Positions 1 through 13,575 of a DNA stretch of 64,000 nt are shown one piece after another (positions within the stretch are counted from its first letter, which is position 1; each line of letters opens with the position of its first letter). The DNA is taken from assembly GCF_006345805.1 (NCBI RefSeq), contig NC_042999.1, positions 41,168,001-41,232,000 on the forward strand. Reading direction: 5' to 3'. The stretch comes from Octopus sinensis (lineage: Eukaryota). The notes beneath the pieces were generated by a model. It saw only the letters and a list, made by a program, of their open reading frames with translations. It was not told where the DNA came from and made no database searches. The position numbers and the translations under genes were made by a program.

Positions 1-438
1 TGAATTACATTTTGTTATGATAGCTTATATGGAAAGTGAAACGATTAAAAAACAACAAGAGTTGTACTGTAAATTGGATAGATACAATAACAAAAAAAAA
101 CATCAACGGTTACATATGGAAATTCAATGAAAGGACAATATCAATGTCGGTGGCAGAACCTGGAATCAACATTCTAGTCTTTGAACACAGGGCATCACTT
201 AAACCTCTATGATACTGATACATATTGATGATAATAATAAACTAGGGAAATCTGAAAGCCAAGAATGAAGTCGACGAATTTTGAACTAGGAACACCGAAG
301 TACTGAACTTATTACCTTTATGAAACCCTATTAAGGATTTTCAGTTCTTTTACAGTCGTTTATTGTCTTTCACCTCTGAAACTTGTTATTCTATGCAACC
401 TGGTAGCACCTCTTACCATCCTCTGCTTCTCGCTCAAC

Positions 439-452
439 TCCTGTTCCATCCC

Positions 453-490
<38 letters not shown>

Positions 491-551
491 TTCTCTCCTC
501 TCTCTCTCTCCTCTCTCTCTTTTCTCTTTCTCTCTCTCTCCCTCTCTCTCT
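439..551. repeat. (CT)n microsatellite
   Basis: Directly visible interrupted CT run. Confidence 0.95.
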
Positions 552-1167
552 CTGTCACGTACACAACATGCAAACTTCAACACCATTTACCAGTTCTTTT
601 CTATCTGTCGAGGATTTTTATGCCCGAAACATGAGATGTCTTTTCTTCCTGACACCATAAATTTTATCCCATTGTTTGAATTATCCCTAAAGAAATTAAA
701 CCAGTTCGTTTTTGCATTCAATTTGTTTGCGTTAAGAACTTCAGCAATAATGTCGAAATATGAATTTATACTGTGGTACTTTATAAATGTATATATTTAG
801 TCGAGAGATTCCTTTGGGATTTTCGCTTACAAATTAAAGACAAAATTATCACTGCAAATTATCTATCACCATTTCATGCTTATGTATTAAATCAAGCAAG
901 TGTAACATAATGAAAACTTTGTAATAACAATGGAAGAAAATGTAGTGAAAGGCAACATTTCATTACAGCACCCTTTTCAGCTACGCTTTTTCCAGTGTTT
1001 TCTGAGCATAAACGGGTCTTAAGAAAATTCCCATACGGTGAATGGCTGTGTGTGCGTCTTAAATGCTTTAATTTATTTTCATTTTTACATTTGGATTTAC
1101 TTTGATGTTCCATTTCTTTTAATGGGAGTTGTGTTTGCGTAATGTTTTTTATGAGCATGCTTGAAAT

Positions 1168-1339
1168 GGAGGGAGAGAAAGATGGGAAAGAGAGACAGAG
1201 AGATAGAGAGGGAGAGAGAGAAAGAGAGAGAGAGAAAGAAAGAGAGAGAGAGAAAGAGAGAGAGAGAAAGAAAGAGAGAGAGGAAGAAAGAACGAGAGAG
1301 AGAGAGGGAAAGAAAGAAAGAGAGAGAGAGAGGAAGAAG

Positions 1340-1373
<34 letters not shown>

Positions 1374-1428
1374 GAAAGAGAAAGAGAGAGAGAGAAAGAA
1401 AGAGAGATAGAGAAAGAGAAAGAGAGAT

Positions 1429-1458
<30 letters not shown>
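1168..1458. repeat. (GA/GAAA)n purine tract
   Basis: Directly visible; explains the ORFs at 892-1564. Confidence 0.95.
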
Positions 1459-1459
<1 letters not shown>

Positions 1460-1811
1460 TGAAGGTGCAATAGCAGAAGAGAGAATACAAGAAATACTAA
1501 AAACATTTAAATTAATATTACTGCCAGTGATACGCAATGTGGGACAGCCTTTGAAGCGAATCACTTGTTTGTGCAGTTAGAAAAGAAAACGATTTTAGAA
1601 GGGAATTTCTTCAGACTCTTTTTATATATAACTTGGAAATCGTTTAAAACTTTGATACTACAGGTATTTTCTTGTGTAAGCAAACAGATTTTTTCTTGCT
1701 GATGGTGTTAATGGTGGTGTATCATACGAAATTGTACTCTCGTCAAAGAGATCATTAGTCCCTCACATACGAACAACATTAAGAAGAACAATTAACTCGG
1801 TTTCAGTTTCA

Positions 1812-2220
1812 AATTTTGGCACAAGGGCAGTAAATTCGGGGGACGATTACAATGACGTATGTGCTGAACTGGCAACTATTTTATCGACACCGAAAGGACA
1901 AAAGGCAAAGACGACCTCAGCGGAATTTGAACTCAGAACGTAAAGACAGATGAAATACCGCATTTCGCCCGGCGTGCTAACGTTTCTTATTTCTTTATTG
2001 CTCACAAGGGGCTAAACATAGAGGGGAAATACAAGGATAGACAAAGGGATTAAGTCGATTACATCGACCCTAGTGCGTAACTGGTACTTAATTCATCGAC
2101 CCCGAAATGATGAAAGGCAAGGTCGACCTCGGTGGATTTTGAACTCCGAACGTAAAGACAGATGACATACCGCTAAGCACTTTGCCCGGCGTGCTAACGT
2201 TTCTGCCATCTCGCTGTCTT
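1812..2220 (-). mobile_element. SINE family B, head-to-tail dimer
   Basis: Reverse complement of the family-B unit (B-box GAGTTCAAATTCC; core GTCGACTTTGCCTTTCATCCTTTCGGGGTCGAT) appears twice, with a junction near 1985. Confidence 0.9.
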
Positions 2221-2347
2221 ATGATAGCGTTAATATTGGCTCCAAATTTTGGGTACAAGGCCAGAACATCGACCCTGCTATTCAACTGGTACTTATTTTG
2301 CGAGCTCGCCGCCATATGCAATAACGTTAATTATTAATAAGGACCGT

Positions 2348-2790
2348 AAGGTGGCGAGCGCAGAATCGTTAGCGTGCCGGATTAGATGCGTAGCAACATT
2401 TTGACCGTCTTTATGTTCTGTATTCAAATATCCGCAGAGGTTGGCTTTGCTTTTCATCCTTTCGGGATCGATAATAAGTACCAATTAGTACTGGTGTCAA
2501 TCTAAGCAACTTACCTCCTCCCCCGAAATTGCTGGGGTTTTGCTGAAATTTGAAACTTGTATCGTTATTATATAAGGTGGCGAGCTGGCAGAGTCATTAG
2601 GATGTCGGGAAAAATGCTTAGCAGCATTTCATCCGTCTTTACGTTCTGAGTTCAAATTCCGTCGAAGTCTGTTTTGCTTTTCATCCTTTCGCGGTCAATA
2701 AAATTTATAAGTAGCAGTTAAATATTGGGGGGGGGGGCATGTAATCGACTTACTGCCTTCCCCGAAATTTCAGGCCTTGTGCAAAATTTC
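2348..2790 (+). mobile_element. Two SINE family B copies
   Basis: AAGGTGGCGAGC head at about 2348 and about 2574; each is followed by B-box and core. Confidence 0.85.
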
Positions 2791-3356
2791 GAACCCAATA
2801 TTAATAAGTACTCAGAGTGATATCCACTGAAATCCTGACACGACCAACACCAATGACAAACACAGTCATCAACAGCAAACACAGGAAATTCACTGTCTCT
2901 GGTTTCGCGCACACTATTGACAGCGTGACATACCATTGCTAATAATAAAATAAAACAACAGCAGCGACAACATTATTAACATTACGTTATAATCATTCGT
3001 GCGCTCAAATATTTCAGAGTAGACTAATCAGGAAAAACAAGTATGACACGATGATGTATTACTGTATTGATAAGATAAATTTCAATTGGAATGGCGTTGG
3101 CCGGTATTTGAGAGGAGAGCGCTATCACGTCTGATATTAGTCAGTCACACTTTAAAGATTCCACCCCATTCTTATTAGCGTTTTCTCTCAGAATGAAATA
3201 TTGCATTTTCATCTACATAGCGAAAAATACTCATTACAATGTCACATTCTTGAAAATTATATATTTTTAAGAAACTTATCTTTGCCTATCTCTGCGTAAT
3301 TAAAGCATGTATATGTATGTTGATATACACACATGCGCAAGCACACACACATACAT

Positions 3357-3397
<41 letters not shown>

Positions 3398-3794
3398 ACA
3401 CACACACACACACACACACGCACATTGTGTATTGTATATGTGCACAGTTTGACACTAGATTTATGTATTGCTCCATTACGCAGACATTACATTCGTTGTA
3501 TTCCATTAATCTTACTGCCCATATTTTTGTGATTATCACTTTCCTGTATCGTTGTACATGAATGTATGCATGTATCTATGCATGCATGTATGTCTGTACG
3601 TTTGTATGCATGCCTGCACGTATGAATTTATCGTTTCCCCTATCCTTCCTTTATATATGTGTGTGTGTGTGTGCGTGTATACCCACGAAGTCCCTATAAA
3701 TCGGATGGATTAATAATATGCTGGCATGTAGACTATGTAAGAGGATAAATCATCTATGACCGGATGCTGAAACCGAAGCACGATCACATTTTTT

Positions 3795-4380
3795 AGTGTA
3801 TGTGTGTCTTTGTGTTTGTCTCCTACCACAGCTTGACACCGGTCTTACGTACTCATAACTTATTGGTTCGGCATCAAGAGACCAAAGACGTACCAAACTG
3901 AAAAACAAGTACTGGGGTTGATTTATTCGACTAAACTGTCCAAGGCGGTGCCCCGGCATTGCAGTAGTTTCTTGAGAGGCGGTTGGATGGAACCTACACT
4001 CGCCTACTTATGAGAGCTCAAAACCTCTCGTGGAAGCGCCATCCAACCAAAATGCAAATATATGGGAAACTACCACCTGTGTCATCTCTTGTGAATGGTA
4101 GGAGAGTCCAGTTTGCTGGACATTGTTGTAGAGCTGAAAAAGAAGTAATTTCTACTCTTCTCCTCTGGAAGCCATCTACTCGCAATACCAGAGGGCGCAC
4201 ACTCTCCTACTCTGATGTAATCTCCAGGGATACAGGCATCCAGCAACAGGACCTCCGTAATGCCATGATGGACCGTGAAGTCTGGCGTAGCATGGTAAAT
4301 TCCATTGTCTCGACCACGGTCGAACAATGATGATGATGATTGCAGTAGTCCAATGACTGACATAAATAAAAACATAAAAA
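3795..4380 (+). mobile_element. SINE family A 3' half, split by an RTE insertion
   Basis: Matches the family-A 3' part (cf. 20300-20480) on both sides of 3968-4338. Confidence 0.75.
3968..4338 (+). mobile_element. 5'-truncated RTE-clade LINE (ORF2 C-terminus), (TGA)n tail, 10-bp TSD
   Basis: ORF 3983-4330 (RRVQFAGHCCR...DREVWR) resembles RTE ORF2 C-termini; ATTGCAGTAG at 3958-3967 and 4339-4348. Confidence 0.85.
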
Positions 4381-5053
4381 TAGAATCCAGAATTCTAGAT
4401 GACAGACATCTATTATAGGCCAAAAAACCCCCCAAAAAGTGAAAAATGAATCGTGTGTGGTAGTTTCCTATGTAGTTTGTCCAGTTTCCAATATCGTAGA
4501 ACATCCGAATATAAATTTATAGCAAAAGTACACAAACAACTACTTAATCTGAATATCGTTATAGATTGTGTTGTTGATAGGATCGTCTCTATTCACCAGA
4601 AGACGGATTAACTGCAAAACTTAATCCGATGGGATTTCATTCTATCATTAACATTATCTAGTCTGGTACATTTCCGCTTCGGTTGCGAACACAGAATCGA
4701 ATGTTTAATTCCCTACTGACTTCATTTCCCTTTGTATAGCCCCATGAACTGCTGGAAACTGCCCTTCTTGATTAAACTTGTTAAGTACACAACAGAGATG
4801 AATTTCAACGTCAGATTTGGAGGGGCATTTACCATATGCGATTGAGCGACTTCCTTATAATATCTAAGTTTGTTTCTGTTTTATGGACTATTGTGAGTCA
4901 TATATTTTAACTAGGGTAAATAAAGGTTCTTTGCTGCGTGGGTGCAGAGTTATAGTTTTTGCATGACGGGAATATATTACAGATCTCGAGATAAAACAGC
5001 AAAGATAACATGCAAATTACAAAATAAGGAGATTTCACCAAATATATCTATGT

Positions 5054-5170
5054 GAGAGTGGGGTGCTGAAAAGTCCCTGAGTGTCGCGAATGGCCTGGCT
5101 GGAGTTCTTTTACAGGGCTTAGAAAAAGTGAAGGACCACTGCAAATAGTATGTAAACCTAACAGGGAAGT
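5054..5170 (+). mobile_element. Mariner-derived MITE fragment
   Basis: TIR-like GGGGTGCTGAAAAGTCCC; the body is the reverse complement of 51400-51545. Confidence 0.6.
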
Positions 5171-5171
5171 A

Positions 5172-5438
5172 TTCTCTTATTCTTTTATTCGTTTCAGTTA
5201 TTTGACTGCGGCCACGCTGGAGCACCGACTTTAGTTGAGCAAATCGACCCCAGGACTTATTCTTTGTAAGCCTAGTACTTATTCTATCGGACCTGTTTTG
5301 CTGATCCGCTATGTTACAGGGACGTAAACACACCAGCATCGGTTGCCAAGCGGACATACACGCGCACACACACATACACACAGACACACACACATACACA
5401 CAGACACACGCGCACACACACATACACACACACACACA

Positions 5439-5523
<85 letters not shown>

Positions 5524-5585
5524 GACGGGATTCTTTCAGTTTCCGTCTACCATATCCATTCACAAGGCTTTGTTCGGCCCGAGGC
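5172..5585 (-). mobile_element. SINE family A with internal (CA)/(TA) linker, head truncated
   Basis: High similarity to the intact copy at 28370-28785. Confidence 0.9.
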
Positions 5586-6422
5586 ATTTGTGAGTGTATC
5601 TGTGTGCTTGCAGGCATTATAAGTTAATATTATATTCAGACACCACTAAGTGTTCCTGATGTATAGATACTGCTACTCAGTTCCTTTCAGTATTTGAATA
5701 CAGCGCTGTGTAAATCCCGGTTCGAATATAATTGTGTGTATGCGTAAAGAATGAAACCAAAGTTAAAATAAGAAACTTATTCAAAAAAACATAACAGATA
5801 ACAGAGAATCTGTGTCGGCGTGCAGCAAACGTATGTCTTTTCAATCTAGAGAATTAGTTACAGCTTAATCACTTGGTGAATTTGTACAGCAATTTTACTA
5901 TCATCGTTCGGTGTTAAATGTAGCGTAGTAATTGCATTAGCTTCACAGAAAATTCTCCTTTTTACAACCTCAGTTACGGCAATATACAAGAGAAACTATT
6001 TACGCCCATTTGCACGCTTACAGAATTTACCAATTGCAGTTAGTGAGATTTCATTGCTGCATAAAACACTGAAAAGTGTTCTAATAGTGGATGTGTGTAC
6101 TGGAATTTACAGCAATAAGCAAACGCTTTTGGCTCTACAAATAAGTAATTCTTTGTTTGAATTATACGTTCACACATTTTTGTGTTACGAGTAGCACCAA
6201 ATTGGGCGTTAAGTGAGCATGATAAATTTGCAATTCACCTAAATCGAAATATTTTCACAATGGGTAAATAATATAATCATCAACAAAAGGAATGTGTTGC
6301 CATAGTATCATACTGACAGATATATAAGGAAATAGCCACAAATGCATACGTACATGGAACGTACGTAGACACATTCATATACTGATAAATACTTGAAGAT
6401 TTACACACACGGACACACAATG

Positions 6423-6485
<63 letters not shown>

Positions 6486-7386
6486 GACGGGATTCTTTCA
6501 GTTTCCGTCTACCATATCCATTCACAAGGCTTTGTTCGGCCCGAGGCATTTGTGAGTGTATCTGTGTGCTTGCAGGCATTATAAGTTAATATTATATTCA
6601 GACACCACTAAGTGTTCCTGATGTATAGATACTGCTACTCAGTTCCTTTCAGTATTTGAATACAGCGCTGTGTAAATCCCGGTTCGAATATAATTGTGTG
6701 TATGCGTAAAGAATGAAACCAAAGTTAAAATAAGAAACTTATTCAAAAAAACATAACAGATAACAGAGAATCTGTGTCGGCGTGCAGCAAACGTATGTCT
6801 TTTCAATCTAGAGAATTAGTTACAGCTTAATCACTTGGTGAATTTGTACAGCAATTTTACTATCATCGTTCGGTGTTAAATGTAGCGTAGTAATTGCATT
6901 AGCTTCACAGAAAATTCTCCTTTTTACAACCTCAGTTACGGCAATATACAAGAGAAACTATTTACGCCCATTTGCACGCTTACAGAATTTACCAATTGCA
7001 GTTAGTGAGATTTCATTGCTGCATAAAACACTGAAAAGTGTTCTAATAGTGGATGTGTGTACTGGAATTTACAGCAATAAGCAAACGCTTTTGGCTCTAC
7101 AAATAAGTAATTCTTTGTTTGAATTATACGTTCACACATTTTTGTGTTACGAGTAGCACCAAATTGGGCGTTAAGTGAGCATGATAAATTTGCAATTCAC
7201 CTAAATCGAAATATTTTCACAATGGGTAAATAATATAATCATCAACAAAAGGAATGTGTTGCCATAGTATCATACTGACAGATATATAAGGAAATAGCCA
7301 CAAATGCATACGTACATGGAACGTACGTAGACACATTCATATACTGATAAATACTTGAAGATTTACACACACGGACACACAATGAT
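5521..7386. repeat. Tandem duplication, period 962 bp
   Basis: 5521-6424 and 6483-7386 read identical by eye; (TA)n arrays at all three junctions. Confidence 0.95.
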
Positions 7387-8588
7387 ATATATATATATAT
7401 ATATAGCAAAAAATACGATTCAGCTGAATTAGGGACTTAAGTTGAGGCACCAAACCAGTCCGGTATTGTCCGCACAGATATATGGTCTTATGCATCCGAA
7501 GAAGGCGGTGTATTTCAAACTAATATAATGCTTGCATTGTTCGATTAAATAGAGCCGCCTGAAACGGCCGTAATGCACTAATACCGTGACATCCGTGTTA
7601 CTTATTTGCGATATATATATATATATATGTGCGTGTGTATACGAGTGTTTTATGTGCATGTGTATAAGAAACAAATAAATTTTTATATTCTTGTAATTAC
7701 TACTTTGTCATATGAAATTATTTATGCGAGTATATAAGTCAAACCGTATATATTGTGAGGCATCCAAAATCGAAAATTTGCGACTGAAATTTGCGGGTTA
7801 TATTTCACAGAGACAAGATTGCGTCGTGTCCTCTCTGTAATATTTATTGCAATAGCAATATTTAATTGGATTAGCTCCCCACTCACCACCACCACTAAAA
7901 TAAAGTCAAAGTAATATAGATAATATTGCAAGTGTTGAAATTGTCAGGGCCAATATTATCATTATCAACGGACTAATGATAGATAGATAGATTACTACAT
8001 ACATACATATAAACATACATACATATAGTTTAGATAGTTAGATACATACATGCATACATACATACACACATGCATGCACACATAGTTAGATAGTTAGATA
8101 CATACATACATACACGCATACATACATACACACAAATAAATGTTAAAGTGAAGTTGATTCATGCAACTCCGATCCATAAACTCGTTCATATTGGCAGGAT
8201 GAAATGTGTGCGTGTGTGTGTGTGTGGTGGGGGTGGGACTTGATGCACAATATTAACATATCTTAAAAATGACATTCTGTCCAATTAGCTACTTATTAAC
8301 CAAGAGTGTTCTACGTCTAGTTAAAAATAATTCGGGGTCACTGGTTAAGTATCATAGCTATCAAAGGATTAAAAACAACAAATCTTGAATGCTTACATAT
8401 GAATATGACGAGCTCATATTTACCTTTATTTCTGAGACACTTCAGTTTTTCTGCAATTCTCAACTTCATCATCTGCGTTAAAATTATGTTAATAAGCAGT
8501 GTTTTTGTTTTCAGTTCAATTATTGAATTATCAAACATTTATCTAATTATGTTAAATAAACAAGTATGATGTTAAACGCGTGTGCATC

Positions 8589-8804
8589 AGAAACGTTAGC
8601 GCGCCGGACGAAATGCTTAGCTGTATTTCGTCTGTCGTTACGTTCTGAGTTCAAATTCCGCCGGGGTCGACTTTGCCTTTCATCCTCTCGGGGTCGATAA
8701 ATAAAGTACCAGTTTCGCACTGGGTCGATATAATCGACTTAATCCCTTTGTCTGTCCTTGTTTGTCCCCTCTATGTTTAGCCCCTTGTGGACAATACAGA
8801 AATA
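8589..8804 (+). mobile_element. SINE family B monomer, near consensus
   Basis: AGAAACGTTAGC...GAGTTCAAATTCC...GGGGTCGATAAA...CCCCTTGTGG. Confidence 0.92.
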
Positions 8805-9417
8805 TATAAGCAATGTGATGAATATACTGTTACCCAAATCGTTAATCCCGCACATTATTTGTCTCTTCGTTTTCTCTCTTTTTTTTTCTTTCATTCCTTT
8901 CTATCGAAGATCGAAGGCGCTAAACATTAAAGACTGTTCCATTCTTCCGGACACCTGCTTGTTGTTCCATCACCTGTGTTTTTCTTTTGTTTTCTGCCTA
9001 TTTGAATTGTATAATATCCTTATCCCCAATAGAAGAAAGAATCGCGTTTCTGAAACTCCTATAAAATAAAGATTTTTCGATTGATTTGGTGCATGACAAG
9101 AAAAGAAACATAGAAAACAGAAACAAATGGAATTTGTTCATTTGGTCGGCCACTTAAGATGGCGAATGCGTTAAGCTCTTCTCGTTAAGCCAATGAACAC
9201 TGGCCACACACTCGTTAATCACAACTGGCTACTTTGTGTTAATCACAAATCCAATATTATCAGCGTTATCAATCATATACCAGTTAAACTCTCATGCAAT
9301 GAGGGCCGTTCAACGTTCAGGTCAGTCGGTTTCTCTCTCACATTCCATCTTTGATCTACTTTTAGTGCTCCTATTGAAGTGAACGGTAGGAAAGTGATTG
9401 ATTTGTGTTGGAAAATA

Positions 9418-9559
9418 CAGTCGTGACCAAAAGTTTGGAAAATTAAAATTGTTGTGCCCTAGAAGAATTCGATTCAAATATATACAGCGTATATATTTGG
9501 GCATTTCATGTAAACATTCTAATTTTCATACCTATGTTCCAAACTTTTTGCCACGACTG
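9418..9559. mobile_element. 142-bp Tc1/mariner-type MITE
   Basis: TIRs CAGTCGTGACCAAAAGTTTGGAA / TTCCAAACTTTTTGCCACGACTG (21/23 match); TA duplicated at 9416-17 and 9560-61. Confidence 0.9.
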
Positions 9560-10029
9560 TATTATGTAGACCATTTGCTCTTGTTTCTTCGTAGAAAAAA
9601 GGGTGAGCAGTGATGACCTCTAATAAAGCTACTCAAAAACTGTGAATAATCTTACTAGTAATCATTGATAGAAATTAACTCTAAATAAATCATTGCTGTC
9701 TGTTGCACTTGCCTAACAGTGTGCTCTCCACTCATCAAGTCTGCTTTTCTGGTCATGAACTTATCTTCAGCAATACTGGCTTTGAAAAACAACGTGTTCT
9801 AGTTCTAGAGCTGATTATAAGACTTATCAGGTATTGAGGTGTTAGAAAGTACTAGTCTTAGAACTTTCAAATATCTCTGTCAGACTTACTAGTAGCTAGT
9901 ATATCTGACAGTTTATAGTAATAGATGCATGTACAACATAGACCTCCCTTAGTCACGATGGCCAGATCATAAGAGCTACTCGGTCATATTTAGAACTATC
10001 GAATGTAGATTTTGATTTTAAAAAAATAT

Positions 10030-10358
10030 GCGGTTACTGGCGCATGGCTTCGGGCTCACAATCATGAGGTAGTGAGTTCGATTCTTGAATCGGGCTGTGT
10101 GTTGTGTTCTTGAGTAACACACATTATTTCATGTTGCTCCTGTTCACTCAGCTGTAGAAATGAGTTAGGACGTCACTGGTGCCAAACTGTATCGACTTTT
10201 GCCTTTACCTTGGACAACATCGGTGACGTGGAGAGGGGAAGCTGGTATGCATGAGCGAATAATAATGATCTTCCATAAACAACCTTGCCCGAATTTGTGC
10301 CTCGAAGGGGAACTTTCTAGAAGCAATCCCATGGTCATTCATGACCGAAGGGGGTCCT
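10030..10358 (+). mobile_element. tRNA-headed CORE-type SINE (family C, long-tail variant)
   Basis: B-box GAGTTCGATTC followed by a MIR/CORE-like TGTGTTCTTGAG...GTAGAAATGAG. Confidence 0.7.
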
Positions 10359-11184
10359 AGTTCTATCACTTGGATTGAGCAGAGTTTGGGTTAAAAGCGT
10401 TGTTTTTTGTTGATAGATGTTCTCTATAAACATAGAGCTGCATCACACACACTGGTTTTACTGTACAAACACATCCATAAACGTATAAGCGTTTCACATT
10501 TAGTGAAAAGAGCCTTAAACTGCATGATTTAAACATATAATTTAATGAATTCATAGATCCAAAATCTATCAGTATGTGAATGTATGTGTGTGCGTGTGTG
10601 TATCTATGTGTGTGTATATATGTATGAAAATAAGCTATAAATCCTTAAGACATATACCACAGTTGAAATGCAGCCGATTTCCTCTGGTCGCTTCAAAGAA
10701 ACGAGCTGGTGTGTTGCAGATAGTAGTTTGAACTAAACAAACAGAACGTGAACGTTGTTCGGTCGTACTTGATATTGATTCTTTACAGCTAAACGAAAAA
10801 TATGATCTTACACATTAGATTAGTTCACCTCAGTCATATAATATCTTATTAACCTCGACAGAACTCAAACCTGTATTCAATAGTGGTGGGTAAGTTATCG
10901 CGAAAATCTGTATGCAATAACACCAGAAGAATATTTATAGATAGGTATTGCGGCATTCCTGTAATTACAAATGTCATTGCGTCCGTTTCGAAGACATATA
11001 CAAGATATGTAGGTAATATATATATATAGTGAAGATCAAGTTGACTGGTACATCGCAAGAAATTTGACTCTATTCTTATCCTGGAATCACACCATCTTTA
11101 TGTAATGTATGTTGACATTCTTAAACATGATTTTAAAATAAGGTTAATCTAGCACATATACGTGAGCATACATATTACATATTT

Positions 11185-11221
<37 letters not shown>

Positions 11222-11230
11222 CGTGTGTGG

Positions 11231-11288
<58 letters not shown>

Positions 11289-11424
11289 ATATATGTATTT
11301 AATATTCATATATTTTAGTGTGATTTTGTGTATATTTATGGTTATGTACGCATAAAGAGGAAAATCTGTAAGTTCCTTCAAGTAAATTTCCCGCCAGTGT
11401 AATGTTCCCCTCTCTGTTTCTCTA

Positions 11425-11481
<57 letters not shown>

Positions 11482-12527
11482 ATATTATCTTCGAACTCTT
11501 CGGTAACTTGATATCATTACTTTACTAATTTCATTTTCTTATGTACCGAGTGCGTAATTGCTTTCAGAATTCGACACACTGTCGACAATTATTCACTAGA
11601 CAAATCATTAATACTATTTCCGCACATATTATCATATAAAAATCTACTTGAGAGAAATGCTCTTACACATTTTTTAAACATATACTAATGGATTTTGTGA
11701 CATTTATTAACCTTTCTATTTCATTCTTACATTTTTATCTTCCTTTTAATCTTATCTTTCCTCCGTTATACTCCTCTTTTACTCGAATAATTTGATGTTG
11801 ATTTAATCATTAGACAGATACAATTGTAGATCAAATGGTAAAACTTCCTTTGTTCGCTGGTAATAATTTGTTTTAAGTTATTTAATTCCATTCAGGAAAT
11901 GTTTTCGCCTCTGGCTGAAGGTTCCATTTTACTGTTTAAATTAAACTAAGATACGTTTCCCCATTTCCTTAAACCGGATTCAATTTCTAAAATCTCACCA
12001 GAGGAACATTGCAAATTTAACTAAATAGAAATACATCTCAGGAAGAAACATTGGCTAGTTTACTGTTTATTTACTGTGTTTGTTTTAACCTTATAAATAC
12101 AATAGAAGTGAAATGAAGGATTCTGAAAAAAGCAATACGAACTACTCGAGGAAAATGCAATTACATTCAGGATACAAACTCTTTGTCGAACATTCAAGGG
12201 TCGATAAATATGTACCCATTCGGTCATTAATTTTAATTAGGTATGACTTCGTAGACAATGAAAGTTACACCTTTCTACGAATGGACCATAACACCTGAAG
12301 GGTGAGGGAGATGGTAATAGTTAATAATGCCAATGCCGCATTCTAAAACAGAATATAATACAATACACATGGTTCATTAATTGGAATTATTCCAGCAACA
12401 GCGTTGAAGAAAAACGAATATGTACACACCATAAAGCGATACAGACTTGTATGTTTACATATACACATGACATATCTACACACAGATGTGCGTATATTTA
12501 TCATGCCTTAGGATAATATATATATTA

Positions 12528-12593
12528 TAAATTTATTACCTTGTGTGTGTATATGTATGTATATATATATATACACACAAGGTAATAAATTTA
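12528..12593. repeat. Perfect 21-bp inverted repeat enclosing a GT/TA microsatellite
   Basis: TAAATTTATTACCTTGTGTGT ... ACACACAAGGTAATAAATTTA. Confidence 0.9.
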
Positions 12594-12727
12594 CTAAAGA
12601 AAACCTGTAACAGAAGAAGTATTTGTATTTCAATACTGTTTCTGTTTCTCTTACAAAATATCATTTATTAGTATTATTTATTTACCTATGAAATGATAGT
12701 TTGTATTGCAAGTGATTGTATATGATC

Positions 12728-12880
12728 TCTTTCTGTTTCCGTATACCAAACTTACCCACAAGGCTTTGGTCGGTCCGAGACCATAGTAGAAGACATTTGC
12801 CCAGGGTGTCACGCAGTGGGATTGAGCTCGAAACGATGTGATTGGGAAGCAAACCTCTCACAACACAGCCACACCTGTGT
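12728..12880 (-). mobile_element. SINE family A 5' half
   Basis: Reverse complement of the tRNA head plus CORE. Confidence 0.8.
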
Positions 12881-13327
12881 CTGTATGTGTGTGTGTGTGT
12901 GTGTGTATAAAATGGTAATTATTAATGTCAAATGCAATCATTATAACGGTTTTCTTAGGGAAATTCATAACCTTGTAGAATAATTATTCGGCATTAGTGC
13001 TTGACTAATGCTTTATTATAAAACTAGAAGGATAAATGAGCAAAATTTATCATAGCAGGCTTTAGAAGAAGACGAAATATTAACTAAATATAGCCTTTAT
13101 CATGCCTAACAATGTAATGCATCTGATTCCAAAAATATTAGTTACATCTATCATGTTTATGTTATGTTGAATTTAAAATGAATTGCTTAAGCGAACTAAT
13201 TCAAATTAATGAGAACAGATTCAAATTGTTAAAAATTAAGAAGGAAAGGAAATCATGTAAACAGTTAAATCATAGACGATGTAAGATGGAGAATGCAGAA
13301 AGAATGAGGTATATGTCTTTTGTGTTA

Positions 13328-13575
13328 TCATCCTCCTCCTCATCATCATCATCACCATCATCATCGTTTAACGTCCGCTTTTCATGCTAGCAAGGATTTG
13401 ACGATTTGACTGGGGACTGGCGAACCAGATGGCTGCACCATGCTCCAATCTTGATTTGGCAGAGTTTCTACAGCTGGATGCCCGTCCTAACGCCAACCAC
13501 TCCGAGGGTGTAGTGCGTGCTTTTACGTGCCACCGGCACGAGGGCCAGTCAGGCGGTACTGGCAACGGTCACGAA
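13328..13575 (-). mobile_element. RTE LINE 3' UTR end with (GAT)n tail
   Basis: Shares the TGCCAGT..CTGACTGG..GGCACGTAAAAGCAC repeat with the RTE at 46.8-47.7 kb; (TCA)n on the + strand. Confidence 0.75.
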
